Origin: an uncultured cyanobacterium | GTDB taxonomy: Bacteria; Cyanobacteriota; Cyanobacteriia; Cyanobacteriales; CAWCAG01 | NCBI GenBank assembly: GCA_963793425.1 | Contig: CAWCAG010000007.1 | Span: 608,001-672,000, forward strand | Direction of reading: 5' to 3' | DNA length: 64,000 bases | In this document: piece by piece, positions 8,372 to 18,895 of the stretch | How positions within the stretch are numbered: the first letter of the stretch is position 1 | Layout of the letters: each line of letters starts with the position of its first letter | Notes under the pieces: model-generated | What the model saw: the letters and a program-made list of their open reading frames with translations, nothing else | Databases searched by the model: none | What the model was told of the DNA's origin: nothing | Made by a program: the position numbers and the translations under genes

Positions 8372-11300
8372 TTACTGCCATTCTCTAATATCCACTGCAA
8401 AAGCTAAAACTGTCTCATCAATTCCTTTGAGGGTAAGGGGACGACATTTAGTAATTTCATCATCTTGCAAATAATCGGCCACTGTTGCAGAAACAATAAT
8501 TTTGTTGGGTTCTGCTGCTTCTTGCAACCTGGCTGCAATATTAACGGCAGGGCCAATAGCCGTATAATCGGCCCTTTGTCCCCCGCCAAACATTCCCACC
8601 ACAGCAGTCCCTTGATGAATGCCACAACGGAACTTCACCAAAGGTAAAGCGTGTTTGCTAAGGAAACCCTGTTCTTCCCATTTCTGATTCAATCCTTTCA
8701 GGGAATGGTGCATTTGCCGAGAAGCTGCGATCGCCCTTCTCACTTGTTCATTGGGGGTAAGTTCTTCAGGGGCTCCAAATAGGGCTACAATGGCATCGCC
8801 AATAAATTTATCCACGGTTCCACCGTTGGCAAATACAGCTTCTGTCATTGCCTCAAGATACTCGTTGAGTAATTGGGCAACCCTGCGCGATCGCAAGGTA
8901 TTGGATAGCTCGGTAAAGCCGACTATATCACTAAACAAAATCGTCACCAAACGGGGTTCAGGGCGTAAATCCAGGGCTAATTCTCCCCTCGCTGCCTTTT
9001 TTACCATCCCAGGAGGTAAGAAGCGTTTTAAAACTGATTCAGTCAGATAGCTATTAAGTTGCTTAACCTTTGCTTCATTAGCTTTCAGTGCTAACAAGTT
9101 GCGTACCTCCGCCAATAATTCGCGAGCATTAAAAGGCTTTGACAAATAGGCATCTGCCCCTCTTTCTGTTCCTTCAATGCGACTTGCTTCATCAGCTTTG
9201 GCCGTCAAAAGAATAATTGGCGTACCTTGTAATTCCTCATGATCGCGAATTCTACGCATCATTTCTGTACCAGAAAGTATTGGCATCATCAAATCCGTAA
9301 TAATCAGGTGAGGATGGCTTGCTAAAACAAGAGCAAATCCTGCTTCGCCATTATGGGCGCTACGAACTCGATAACCTGCTTCCCGTAAAATCTGCCCTAC
9401 ATAACTCCTTAAGTCGGCATTGTCGTCTACTACCATAATCAAGGACTGGGAAGTATCTTCTAACTTATCTTCATAATGTTCTACTTCCAGAATCTTTCCT
9501 TCTAAATCTGCTAATTCTACTGTCCCGCGACTTAGTTGTAATTCTTCAGGTACTTCTGAGACTTGTTTTTCTGGTAAATGAGCAGTCCCTGTTTGTAACC
9601 AAACTGTGAAGGTTGTACCTTGATTAAGCACAGACTCTACCTTAACTTGTCCTTTGTGCAACTCCACCAACTCTTTAACCAAAGCTAAACCTAAACCACT
9701 CCCTTCATGGGAACGATCTACCGAACCCTCTACTTGATGGAAACGATCAAAAAGGTTAGAGAGATGAGAAGAGGCAATACCAATACCGGTATCTTTTACC
9801 TTAAACTGAACAAAATTTCCTACCGGAGCGAGGCTTACTTGGATATTTCCTCCCGGTTTAGTAAATTTCATAGCATTAGAGAGGAGATTATAAATTACCT
9901 TATCAAACTTCTCTAAATCTACATAAACTTGCGGACAATGTTGCAATTCGGTTTTAATGATTAGTCCTTTTTTATAGCAGTGGGGGCGAAAGGTTTCGAC
10001 AATTTGCTCGATCACTTCCACTAAGTTACAAGGATGAAACTTAGGTTGCATTCTTCCTGCGTCTAAACGTTGGAGATCCAGCATTTGGTTAACTAACCTT
10101 AATAAACGCCGGGAGTTGCGGAGAGCAATTTTGGCTTGTTCGGCGGAAATCCCCTTGCCTTGACTAACAGCAGTTTCCAAAGGACCAATAGTTAAGGTCA
10201 AAGGAGTACGAAACTCATGGGAAACATTTTGGAAAAATTCTGTTTTTTGTCGATTTAACTCTAAAAGACTTTCTGCTTGCTGTCTAGTTTGTTGATAAAG
10301 ACGAGAATGTTTCACTGCGATCGCCGCTTGGGAGGCTACAGCTTCAGCTAATTCAACTTCTGCCTTTGTCCAGTTGCGGGGCTGATTTTCTTGACGTAGG
10401 GAGATGCTACCAATAATCTTTTCATCGACAATCAAAGGGACTAATAATAAGGCACGGGCAGGAGAGCGAAAGGGTAAATTAGGACTCACCTCAGAGGGTT
10501 TAGTCTTTAAATCCTCAGAAACTACAGGCTTTTTTGTTTGTAGTAGCTCTTGTAAGAGAGGATTTCCGGTGATAGGGACAAAGGATTGGGGTATAAGTTG
10601 AGCAAAGCTTGGTGTTGCAGAGTGATTAGTATCGTCTTCTTCTGCATATTCTCCAAAAGCCCTAGCTTCCCTGCCGTCATATAAACCAACGCACTGCACA
10701 AAATCGTCATCTTCTTCCCATAAAGACAAAGCACAACCATCTACTTTTAGAGCCTGTCCCAACTCCTTAGTAATAGCCATAAAAATTTCTTGGGGTTCCA
10801 AAGAAGAGCGAATGACGGTGGTAATATTATTAATTAAAGCTTCCCTTTGAGCCAAAGCCCTAACCTGTTCATAAGCACGGGCTTGGGAAATTGCCAACGC
10901 CGCTTGGTCTGCCACCATCTCTGTCAATTTAATTTCCTCTTCTTCCCAGGCATGGGGAGTATGGTGCTGATGTAAAGCCAGTATCGCCATCAGTTCTCCT
11001 TGAAAGATAAAAGGGACAATTAAAGTAGAACGAATATCAGCTTTTGCAAGGGCTATTCCCCTGAGTTGATGGACTTTCAACCTCGGATCTTTCTCTACAT
11101 CGTTGATAATTTCAATTTGCTCAGTTTCCCAAACTAATTCCAAAGGACAAAGTACCTGAGATAATTCCTGGTTATCTTTTTGGTAAATAAAGCATTCTCC
11201 ATCCCGTAACAAATGTTCGTCAGCTAGGGGACGTAAAATACCAACGTCCACTCCCAGCATTTTTCCGAGGGTGTTAACAATAGTTTGTAGGACTTCTTTT

Positions 11301-11803
11301 AAAGGAGAATGACCAGGAAAACTATATTCTGCATTCCTAATGGTACTAATTATGGAGTTAAGCAAAGATTCCCGACGCAGCATTCGACGCAAACCTTCTG
11401 TCCGAACTTTAAGAACATTGTGGGTATCTAGTGCCTGTTTAACTACGATCTTAAGCTCTTCTTCCTGCCAAGGTTTGGTAACGTACTTAAACACTTTACC
11501 TGTATTAATCGCTTCTACTAAATCGCCAACATCGGTATAACCAGTTAAAATAATCCTAATCACATCAGGATACTGAATTGCGGAAAGACTAAGCAACTCT
11601 GTCCCGCTCATTTTTGGCATCCGTTGATCGGAAATAATTACTGCTATGTTTTCTTCCCTAGCCAGAATTTCTAACGCCATAGGGCCATCTGAGGCAGTCA
11701 ATACCTGATAGTCTCGATAAAAAGTACGATATAAAAGATCGAGATTATGCTGCTCGTCATCAACTACCAGAATTTTCGGTTTATTTCTGTCTGGAGAGAT
11801 CAT
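8372..11803 (-). CDS. cyaC: hybrid sensor adenylate cyclase (REC-GAF-GAF-HisKA-HATPase-REC-AC)
   Basis: SHEFRTPL H-box, two receiver domains, class III cyclase motifs FSDIVGFT, DKFIGDA, VNIAARLQ; matches CyaC architecture. Confidence 0.93.
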   Translation of the reverse strand: MISPDRNKPKILVVDDEQHNLDLLYRTFYRDYQVLTASDGPMALEILAREENIAVIISDQRMPKMSGTELLSLSAIQYPDVIRIILTGYTDVGDLVEAINTGKVFKYVTKPWQEEELKIVVKQALDTHNVLKVRTEGLRRMLRRESLLNSIISTIRNAEYSFPGHSPLKEVLQTIVNTLGKMLGVDVGILRPLADEHLLRDGECFIYQKDNQELSQVLCPLELVWETEQIEIINDVEKDPRLKVHQLRGIALAKADIRSTLIVPFIFQGELMAILALHQHHTPHAWEEEEIKLTEMVADQAALAISQARAYEQVRALAQREALINNITTVIRSSLEPQEIFMAITKELGQALKVDGCALSLWEEDDDFVQCVGLYDGREARAFGEYAEEDDTNHSATPSFAQLIPQSFVPITGNPLLQELLQTKKPVVSEDLKTKPSEVSPNLPFRSPARALLLVPLIVDEKIIGSISLRQENQPRNWTKAEVELAEAVASQAAIAVKHSRLYQQTRQQAESLLELNRQKTEFFQNVSHEFRTPLTLTIGPLETAVSQGKGISAEQAKIALRNSRRLLRLVNQMLDLQRLDAGRMQPKFHPCNLVEVIEQIVETFRPHCYKKGLIIKTELQHCPQVYVDLEKFDKVIYNLLSNAMKFTKPGGNIQVSLAPVGNFVQFKVKDTGIGIASSHLSNLFDRFHQVEGSVDRSHEGSGLGLALVKELVELHKGQVKVESVLNQGTTFTVWLQTGTAHLPEKQVSEVPEELQLSRGTVELADLEGKILEVEHYEDKLEDTSQSLIMVVDDNADLRSYVGQILREAGYRVRSAHNGEAGFALVLASHPHLIITDLMMPILSGTEMMRRIRDHEELQGTPIILLTAKADEASRIEGTERGADAYLSKPFNARELLAEVRNLLALKANEAKVKQLNSYLTESVLKRFLPPGMVKKAARGELALDLRPEPRLVTILFSDIVGFTELSNTLRSRRVAQLLNEYLEAMTEAVFANGGTVDKFIGDAIVALFGAPEELTPNEQVRRAIAASRQMHHSLKGLNQKWEEQGFLSKHALPLVKFRCGIHQGTAVVGMFGGGQRADYTAIGPAVNIAARLQEAAEPNKIIVSATVADYLQDDEITKCRPLTLKGIDETVLAFAVDIREWQ

Positions 11804-12395
11804 GCCCCGTCTCCTGCTAAATTGAGCTAGTAATTCCAGAAAGCGGGTTTGCCCCTTCAGCGATACTTGAGTTGATATTTATGAAGGTCATAGCTATCGC
11901 TCTTTTTGAGTACAAATACTTAAACTTAAACTGGTTAAAGTATTTGTAAAGTAGATGTCTACTGCCATTAGACAAACTTGATGTCATACCCCGATCAAAG
12001 CAAATGGCACTAACTCCGGCACAAAACAATCCGGATTGAATTAACCCGGTGAATTTTTTTAACTGTTGAGGTTGGAAATCAACTAAATTCAACCTTTATC
12101 AAGAAATATTACTCTATCTAGCAGTGCCACGTTAGTTTCAGATGCCTCAATCTAGACTAGCTTATGGTTGCTTGTAAAGGGAACAGCAATACCTCGTAGC
12201 ATATCCTGTATAAGCACGTAAAGCTTTTATGTTATTTATTCTAAGATAGTTAAGTTAATTGTCCTCCCTAACTTCAGACCTGATAAACTTAATATAGAAA
12301 TGAAATATTTAAACAACCAGCTTGCTCATTAATTATTTTCTTATTTCACCATTAATATAAAGCCATTTTCTGCCCAGAAAATCCTCTCTGGGTTC

Positions 12396-13049
12396 TTGTT
12401 ACTTCCTCACTTCTTTCTATACCAGAACTTAGTTGTGAACTCTTGCTTTTCTCCTCTAACAACATCTTTGCAAACTTCTGTTGCTTCAGTAGCTAATTAC
12501 TCTCAGTTGTGCATTCGTACCGCTCATCCTAGTGATCTGAGCAATTTGGCTACAGTTCTTGCAGAAAGCTTTCATCCTCCTGAAGGATGGATGAGTTTGA
12601 TTTACCCGGTTTTGAAATTAGGAATTTACGAAGATTTGCGCTCTCGCCTCCATTCTGGCTCAGACAATTATCTTTGCTTCGTGGCGACCGTTCCTCCTTC
12701 CGGCTTGAATAAGAATAATGAAGTTGCGATCGCTACAGTAGAAATGGCTATGCGTTCTCACTGTTTTCCTTTAGAAGAGCCACGCTATCCTTACATTTCT
12801 AATCTAGCAGTTAGAAAAGCTCATCGTAGAAAAGGTATTGCTTATAAACTTTTGGCGAGTTGTGAACAAAAAGCTCTTGAGTGGGGCTTTTCTGAGTTAT
12901 ATCTGCACGTTTTAGAGAACAACGAACAGGCTAAGCAGCTTTATTTTAATTGCGGTTATCAAGTCTGTAGGGTGGAGCCTAGTTGTAGTGCTTGGTTGTT
13001 CAAAAGTCCTCGTCGCTTGTTCCTCCGTAAATACTTAGTCAATGGTTGA
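12396..13049 (+). CDS. GNAT N-acetyltransferase
   Basis: YISNLAVRKAHRRKGIA, LHVLENN...AKQLY motifs; start uncertain. Confidence 0.88.
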   Translation: MLLPHFFLYQNLVVNSCFSPLTTSLQTSVASVANYSQLCIRTAHPSDLSNLATVLAESFHPPEGWMSLIYPVLKLGIYEDLRSRLHSGSDNYLCFVATVPPSGLNKNNEVAIATVEMAMRSHCFPLEEPRYPYISNLAVRKAHRRKGIAYKLLASCEQKALEWGFSELYLHVLENNEQAKQLYFNCGYQVCRVEPSCSAWLFKSPRRLFLRKYLVNG

Positions 13050-13177
13050 GTTACCCTGGAAAAATATTTTAATTAAACAGGTTCAAATTGATTATGCTGA
13101 TTTCGTACCGATCTAAACAAACAACTTAAGAATAGTACTTCAGATCCTTGCTCCTAACTTGCCCTTTGTGATTCACC

Positions 13178-13648
13178 ATGAGCGATTCCCAAGAGAATAC
13201 ATCCCAAGCCGAAGAAATATGCGAACAGCTACGCAACAAAAAGTTACTTGTGGTTAATCCTCGCCGCAAGAATGGCTTAATCATTTATAAAAAATACCAT
13301 GCGGAGTTTGCTGGACCTGGTGCAGTAGCAGGTAGTTCATTTGATTTAGATGTCAAATTGGTTATACCAGTAGGCAATCTCTCTTTAATAACTCCTAAAA
13401 ACTCCCAAGAAAGACAAAGAGCCTATTTAATTCGCCGCCAATGGGTAAGATTAACCAAACAAATTACTGATTCCCCTGAACCCAAACAAAGGGCTAAGAT
13501 GGTGATCAATCAATTTGAACATTATTTTGGTTCAGAGATTATTTGTACAATTCCCGACGAAGCTTTTGCGCGATTAGTAGGTGTTTTACCTCAAACCGTG
13601 GCCCAGATGCGTGATGATGAGGAAAGGAAGGGTTTGGTTTTGAGTTAG
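13178..13648 (+). CDS. conserved cyanobacterial protein, possible Crp-like C-terminal HTH
   Basis: HAEFAGPGA motif; C-terminal FARLVGVLPQTV helix-turn-helix-like segment. Confidence 0.7.
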   Translation: MSDSQENTSQAEEICEQLRNKKLLVVNPRRKNGLIIYKKYHAEFAGPGAVAGSSFDLDVKLVIPVGNLSLITPKNSQERQRAYLIRRQWVRLTKQITDSPEPKQRAKMVINQFEHYFGSEIICTIPDEAFARLVGVLPQTVAQMRDDEERKGLVLS

Positions 13649-13692
13649 GGATACAAAAAAGTTATGCTATTTAAACAGGGTTTGGTATCATC

Positions 13693-15906
13693 TCAACGAT
13701 AAATTGTTTCTGCGGGAACCTCTTTTTCTCGCTCCTCAGATGTGTCATAATCAACATTTACTTCTGCCAACTCTTTTCTTCGTTCAGTTGTAGGAGGAGT
13801 TTGAGTAAGAGGAACATCTTGCTCAATATCATTGATTACCACTCCTAAAAGAGGCAATTCTGCTTCTGTCAGTTGATCAAGAGCTTCACTGAGTATACTT
13901 CCTTTCGTTTCCCCTGGACGAGCAACTATGATTATGCCGTCGGTTAAGGGTTGTAAAAGTAAAGCATCGTTGCAACTAGCGAGGGAAGGAGTGTCCAAAA
14001 CAATAAAATCAAAGCGCCCTTTCACCTCTTTTAAGAGTTGCTGTAATTCGCTAGATTCAATAATCGCTGCTGCCCGTTTTTGCTTACCAGGGCTAGGAAC
14101 GATATATAAATTTTCTACCTCTGGAACCAGGCGAATACAATCACTCCGGGAATTATAATAGCTGAGGGGTTCTAAACGAGCTTCTGGGTCAGGGGTGAGA
14201 TTAAGGTCTTTGGCTGCTGAACCGGAGCGCAAATCTGCCTCTATTAATAGGGTACGCTGACCAGCACAAGCTGAAGCGATCGCTAAATTATAAGCTGTAG
14301 TAGTTTTTCCTTCTGTTCCTAAAGTGCTAGTTACTAGTACCATCTTATGGGAAGGGGTAGCAAGACGGCGGAGCTTGCTCCGCAACCGTTCGTAGAAAGG
14401 GAGATAGGGAGAATCAAGCTCTTGTAAGATCGCTGTTTCTTCTTGTTCAGGAGCAAAGCTATAAATATAAGGAATTTCTCCTAACAGAGGAACATCTTGT
14501 TCTATAAGTTTTTCGCGAATTTCTTCTGGGGTATGTAATCGAGGATCTAAGGTGGCTAACAAGAAGATCACTCCAGCCCCAGCTAAGATACCGATTACAC
14601 CACCAGCCGCTATAACTAGGGGGGTGCTAAGGGGTTCTTTTACTTCTCCTGCTTTAGCTGCTGGAAGTTCGGCAATAGTTAAGCTAGCTGTTGTTTCTAC
14701 TTCTGCCGCTTGAGCATCCACTAAAGCAGTTTTAATTTGGGAATAAAAGGTTTGTTTGAGAGCAACTTCTTGCTGCAAACGTTGTTGCTGCATCTGCTTG
14801 TTAGGGAACTGCTCGTATTCTTGACGGAGTTCTTTTCTGATTCTGATCAGGGTTTCAATTTCTTTTTCTAAGGTATCCCTTTGGGTATCTAAGGCAACCA
14901 GTTGATTTGCTAGCTGCTGTCTGGCAGGATCTAAGCTACTCTTAATCCTCAACGCTTCTAAAGGTAAGGTAAAAACTCTGTCATTGCCGACAACATCCCT
15001 AGCTCTTTGTCGTAAAAACTTCTCGCTAATGACAAGTTGTTCCTGTAATTGCGCGAGGGGAGGATAGCTAGGAAGATAGTTTTCTTCTAAGACTTGGATT
15101 TGTCTTTCTAAATCTAAGATCGTTGCTTGAGCGCTAGCCACAATGGGATCAGCACTTAATGCTGCATTATCTTTCGCCTCGGCTGCGCTCATCTCTAGCT
15201 TACTCTCAATACTGCTCATTTGCGCTTTAACGGCTTCTAAAGCTAATTCTTTCTCCTCTTGTTGTTTTTGGGAGCCAGTAATTCTCCCTACCAAAGAACC
15301 ATCTAAAGCTGCCAAGATTTGAGAACCTTCTTTACGAATATAACTGTCAAGATTTTCTTCTGCTTGATCTAATTCTCTTTCTGCTTCTGGCAAACGCTCC
15401 CTAATAGCCTCAATCTTAGCTGTCAGTTGAGCTTCGTTAAGGTCTTCGCTATGCTCTACCATAGACTCCATCAAGACTGTCGCAACAGCTTGAGCCTTCT
15501 CTTTATCGTCGCTGGTATAACCGACAACAATTAAAGGTTGATTGTTTTTCTCATCAGGTAAAGCAATCTTGGTATTATCAACTATGTCTTGGACTAGCTG
15601 TTGAGCTTCTTCATTTTCAGGCTCAAGTTTGAACTTGGTAAGAACTTTTTCCAGTACTCCTTGAGACAGCAACATTTTTTCGTTGACAGAGCGTCCCTGT
15701 TCCTGAATTTGCTGTCCAGTTTGAGTAAAAATAGGAGGAGGAGTTTCAAAAGCCAGACTCCCTACAGCAAGAAAACTCTTGGCAGGAGGTTTTTGGATCA
15801 TCGCAAAGACTCCTGAACCACCAAGAACTAATAAAAAAATAAATAAACCAATAAATTTATTCTGGTTTAGGGAGATTACAAAACGTTTGACAATAGGGGG
15901 AGCCAT
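13693..15906 (-). CDS. Wzc/GumC polysaccharide co-polymerase with BY-kinase domain
   Basis: Two TM helices around a coiled coil; Walker A (TEGKTT), LIEADLR, VLDTPS. Confidence 0.9.
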   Translation of the reverse strand: MAPPIVKRFVISLNQNKFIGLFIFLLVLGGSGVFAMIQKPPAKSFLAVGSLAFETPPPIFTQTGQQIQEQGRSVNEKMLLSQGVLEKVLTKFKLEPENEEAQQLVQDIVDNTKIALPDEKNNQPLIVVGYTSDDKEKAQAVATVLMESMVEHSEDLNEAQLTAKIEAIRERLPEAERELDQAEENLDSYIRKEGSQILAALDGSLVGRITGSQKQQEEKELALEAVKAQMSSIESKLEMSAAEAKDNAALSADPIVASAQATILDLERQIQVLEENYLPSYPPLAQLQEQLVISEKFLRQRARDVVGNDRVFTLPLEALRIKSSLDPARQQLANQLVALDTQRDTLEKEIETLIRIRKELRQEYEQFPNKQMQQQRLQQEVALKQTFYSQIKTALVDAQAAEVETTASLTIAELPAAKAGEVKEPLSTPLVIAAGGVIGILAGAGVIFLLATLDPRLHTPEEIREKLIEQDVPLLGEIPYIYSFAPEQEETAILQELDSPYLPFYERLRSKLRRLATPSHKMVLVTSTLGTEGKTTTAYNLAIASACAGQRTLLIEADLRSGSAAKDLNLTPDPEARLEPLSYYNSRSDCIRLVPEVENLYIVPSPGKQKRAAAIIESSELQQLLKEVKGRFDFIVLDTPSLASCNDALLLQPLTDGIIIVARPGETKGSILSEALDQLTEAELPLLGVVINDIEQDVPLTQTPPTTERRKELAEVNVDYDTSEEREKEVPAETIYR

Positions 15907-15983
15907 GGCTACGGAAAAGGATTTTGGAGATGCTTACTTGTTAAAAGTAGTAAAGCTAGACTTACGTTCTATCTTAGGTTAAT

Positions 15984-17174
15984 TTATCTGGGGTTGTTAG
16001 GGGCAAATAAGTTATCTGCACTTTCTGCAAGAGAATCAAAGAAAAGCAAGAAGCCGAGAATATCTCGGAATGGTTGAGTAAAGACATTGAGAGCATTAGT
16101 AACTTTAGCAACTAAAGTGCGACCAACCACGATAACATCATTATCTTGTAAAGGAACATCTTGAGAAATATCTCCAAAAAGAGCTGCTCTACCATTGAGA
16201 ACTTGAGTAACAGCTTTACCTTGTTCTTGATCAAATCTAATTAAGGCAATTTCATTAACGTTAGCCTGGGTGATGTTACTAGCCACAGAACTTAAAGCAT
16301 CAAGGAATGTACTACCATTTGCTAAGGATATAGTACCAATACCATTATTAGGATAGCTAAGGACTCTAATGGTAATTTGCGGTTGAGCTAAATTAGAACG
16401 AGCAACTAAGGTACTATCGTAGCCTTGGTCTTGACCTAGTTCTATTCTCGAAACAATCACCGCATCCCCATCTTGCAAGCGTACATTTGGTAAAGGCATT
16501 CCATTTTGTAAAGGCGTAAATAAATCTACTTGACATTCAATGACCGAGCCATCTGTGGGGAGGATACGGCGTACAATAATAGAACGGAGATCCGCTAATC
16601 CTGTACTGCCACCAGCAGCAGTTATAACTGTGGCTAGTTGGCTGCCTGTACCGAGGGGATAATAACCCGGTCTAACTATTTCTCCGCCAACAGTAATTTC
16701 TGCTGGACGCAACCCTGCTAAGGAAACAATAACTTCGGTTTCTTTAACTAAAAAGCGCCTTAGTTCTGCGGCAATTCGGTTTTGGGTTTCGTTTAAAGTT
16801 AAACCGAGCAAAGGAACTTTGCCAATTATGGGTAAGAGAACATTGCCCTCTAAATCTAAGGTTCCGCCACCACTAAATTCAGGAAAAAAAGGAACTGTTA
16901 CGTTAACACTATCACTAATACCAAGGCGATAAATACCTATGCTACGGTCTTGCTCACAGGAGCGAGGAGAATAGTCAGCAGGGGGTAGAAGCTCTTGTCC
17001 TTCTGTACCAAAAGTTGTGGGAGGTTGTTCTGGGATGAATTCGCCTATAGGTCTTGAAGGAGTCTCTATTGAAGGGACAGGAATAGTTTGCCCCAGTCCT
17101 ATATCTGCCCAGGTAACCACCATGGCACTAGAAACAAAAAGAGTGCAAATTCGTTTTTTTTGAGCGCTGACCAT
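15984..17174 (-). CDS. Wza-like polysaccharide export protein
   Basis: Poly_export (YRLGISD...GNVLLPIIG) and SLBB repeats (GEIVRPGYY, LQDGD). Confidence 0.9.
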   Translation of the reverse strand: MVSAQKKRICTLFVSSAMVVTWADIGLGQTIPVPSIETPSRPIGEFIPEQPPTTFGTEGQELLPPADYSPRSCEQDRSIGIYRLGISDSVNVTVPFFPEFSGGGTLDLEGNVLLPIIGKVPLLGLTLNETQNRIAAELRRFLVKETEVIVSLAGLRPAEITVGGEIVRPGYYPLGTGSQLATVITAAGGSTGLADLRSIIVRRILPTDGSVIECQVDLFTPLQNGMPLPNVRLQDGDAVIVSRIELGQDQGYDSTLVARSNLAQPQITIRVLSYPNNGIGTISLANGSTFLDALSSVASNITQANVNEIALIRFDQEQGKAVTQVLNGRAALFGDISQDVPLQDNDVIVVGRTLVAKVTNALNVFTQPFRDILGFLLFFDSLAESADNLFAPNNPR

Positions 17175-17185
17175 TTTTTAGTTCT

Positions 17186-17929
17186 TTAAGTTTTTGACTG
17201 AGAAAAAGCATCTTTCAGTAAGGTGGATTGCACAGCTTCAGCAAGAGATCGGGCTTCGGGTTCAATATCTTTTAAGTCCCCAAATGGTTTCATAGGCATT
17301 TGCAGACAAACAGCAATCCAAGGAATTCTTTCTCCTTTAAGTTGTGCTATTTGATCAGCCCAAAACCAGCTTGATGGGTAAGGATCACCTCCTTGAGGAA
17401 AAGCGTACCACTGCACTACTGCCCAAGTTTGAGTTTCTGTCCAAGCCCGAAAAAAAAGTGCTTTAACATCTACATTTTTATCTATACTAAATTTCATTTT
17501 TTCGTGGGAGTCAGTTTGCCAAATCTGTATACCTCTAATATCTACCCAGTCAACTTCAGGTTTGGATTTATGATCATTTAGGGGACGGAGCAATAAATTA
17601 ACTGGTTTATCTTGACCTTTTTTGATGATCTGAACCGACCATTTGTTCCCACCAATTTGAACTTCTTCTTGTTCAAGATTTTGCCACTCTGGTATTTCTA
17701 TTGGTTTTTCGCGGACACTTTTGATTTGGCTAAGATTAGTTACTGGGATCGGTTCTTGCCAAGACCATTGCCAAGAAAAGTAACCAGGAAGAGCCTTAAA
17801 TGCCACCAGAATTAGTAACAACAATACAGGAGCAAATTTTAGAACTGATTTTAGTGAAGAGTTTTTTTTCTTAACTACTGAATCACCCAAGGGACTTTGC
17901 TCATTTTTATAAGGTTTGCTTTCAGGCAT
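17186..17929 (-). CDS. cyanoexosortase B system-associated protein
   Basis: Directly downstream of the exosortase; N-terminal TM; PEVDWVDI and QWYAFPQGG motifs. Confidence 0.8.
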   Translation of the reverse strand: MPESKPYKNEQSPLGDSVVKKKNSSLKSVLKFAPVLLLLILVAFKALPGYFSWQWSWQEPIPVTNLSQIKSVREKPIEIPEWQNLEQEEVQIGGNKWSVQIIKKGQDKPVNLLLRPLNDHKSKPEVDWVDIRGIQIWQTDSHEKMKFSIDKNVDVKALFFRAWTETQTWAVVQWYAFPQGGDPYPSSWFWADQIAQLKGERIPWIAVCLQMPMKPFGDLKDIEPEARSLAEAVQSTLLKDAFSQSKT

Positions 17930-17965
17930 GAATATTAAATAAGAAATTATCTGTTGATACTTAAA

Positions 17966-18874
17966 TTACTCTTCAGTAGCATTTTCGTAAACTTCTTCTT
18001 CTTCATAATCATAATCAGGGAACCATTTTTCTATCAAGTTAAGTAGTAAGACAATCAAACCTAACATAACAGCAGAATAGACATCTCCACCCCAACTTTC
18101 ATGAACAAAATGAAAGCCTGCTTCATTACCTGTACCGTGTAAAAAACTGAGAATAGTATTGCGGAGAATGTTAGCAGCGACACTGATAATAACGGCTCCT
18201 GAAAGTAACCAGATGATTTTCCTGCGTGATTCAATTGCCCCAGTCCAATAAAGCAACATTAGTGATACATATAAGCTGGTAAATAACATTTTTAAACCAG
18301 CACAATAGGGGGCTACTTCTACTAAACGTCCTCCTAAAAATAAGTAAATCTCTTTCACAGTGACCTCCATACCCAGTTGAATGAGAAAGAATCCTGCTGT
18401 CCCTGCAATAAACTTTTGCAAGGGCATAGTGTAAGGAGTAATTAAATAGGGAATAGAGTTAGGAGTTGCGAGTAAAACTAATAGCCAAGGAAAAAATTGT
18501 AATTTAAAACCAGGAATACCTTTTAACCATAAGCAAAGTCCAGCGAGAATAATGGGAAAAGAGAGGTTAACAAAGTCGCTAACTCCTGTTAAATAAAAAG
18601 CGGCCCCCAAACCAAGTAAAACACCGCCGAGGGGATGAGATTTATTTTTTAATTGCGCCCATTTTTCTCTTTGTGACCAAGCAATATAAGCAGCAAAGGG
18701 AAAGCCTAGTAAGCCATGACTAAAATATTCGTGTTCAATGCCGATACTTTTAAATAGCCAGCCATCACACCAATAAACAATTAAAGGGCCGTAGAGAACG
18801 GCCAAAAGAGCAAAAATTGACCAATACAGAAATTGCGGTTGAAGCAATAAAGAGGTTTTACTTTTAAGTTGCAT
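17966..18874 (-). CDS. cyanoexosortase B
   Basis: Multi-TM; EYFSHG, VAPYCAGLK (catalytic Cys), NILRN (Arg), HESWG (His). Confidence 0.9.
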   Translation of the reverse strand: MQLKSKTSLLLQPQFLYWSIFALLAVLYGPLIVYWCDGWLFKSIGIEHEYFSHGLLGFPFAAYIAWSQREKWAQLKNKSHPLGGVLLGLGAAFYLTGVSDFVNLSFPIILAGLCLWLKGIPGFKLQFFPWLLVLLATPNSIPYLITPYTMPLQKFIAGTAGFFLIQLGMEVTVKEIYLFLGGRLVEVAPYCAGLKMLFTSLYVSLMLLYWTGAIESRRKIIWLLSGAVIISVAANILRNTILSFLHGTGNEAGFHFVHESWGGDVYSAVMLGLIVLLLNLIEKWFPDYDYEEEEVYENATEE

Positions 18875-18895
18875 ATTATTTAGAGTTAATTTAAG

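Noticed and set aside
12030..12035. Other TCCGGA hexamers upstream of cyaC (12030) and the GerMN gene (21066) as DIF1 promoters
   Set aside because: A 6-mer occurs by chance. Neither has the exact AATAAAG at N19 (the GerMN site has AAAAACG) and there are no TSS data.
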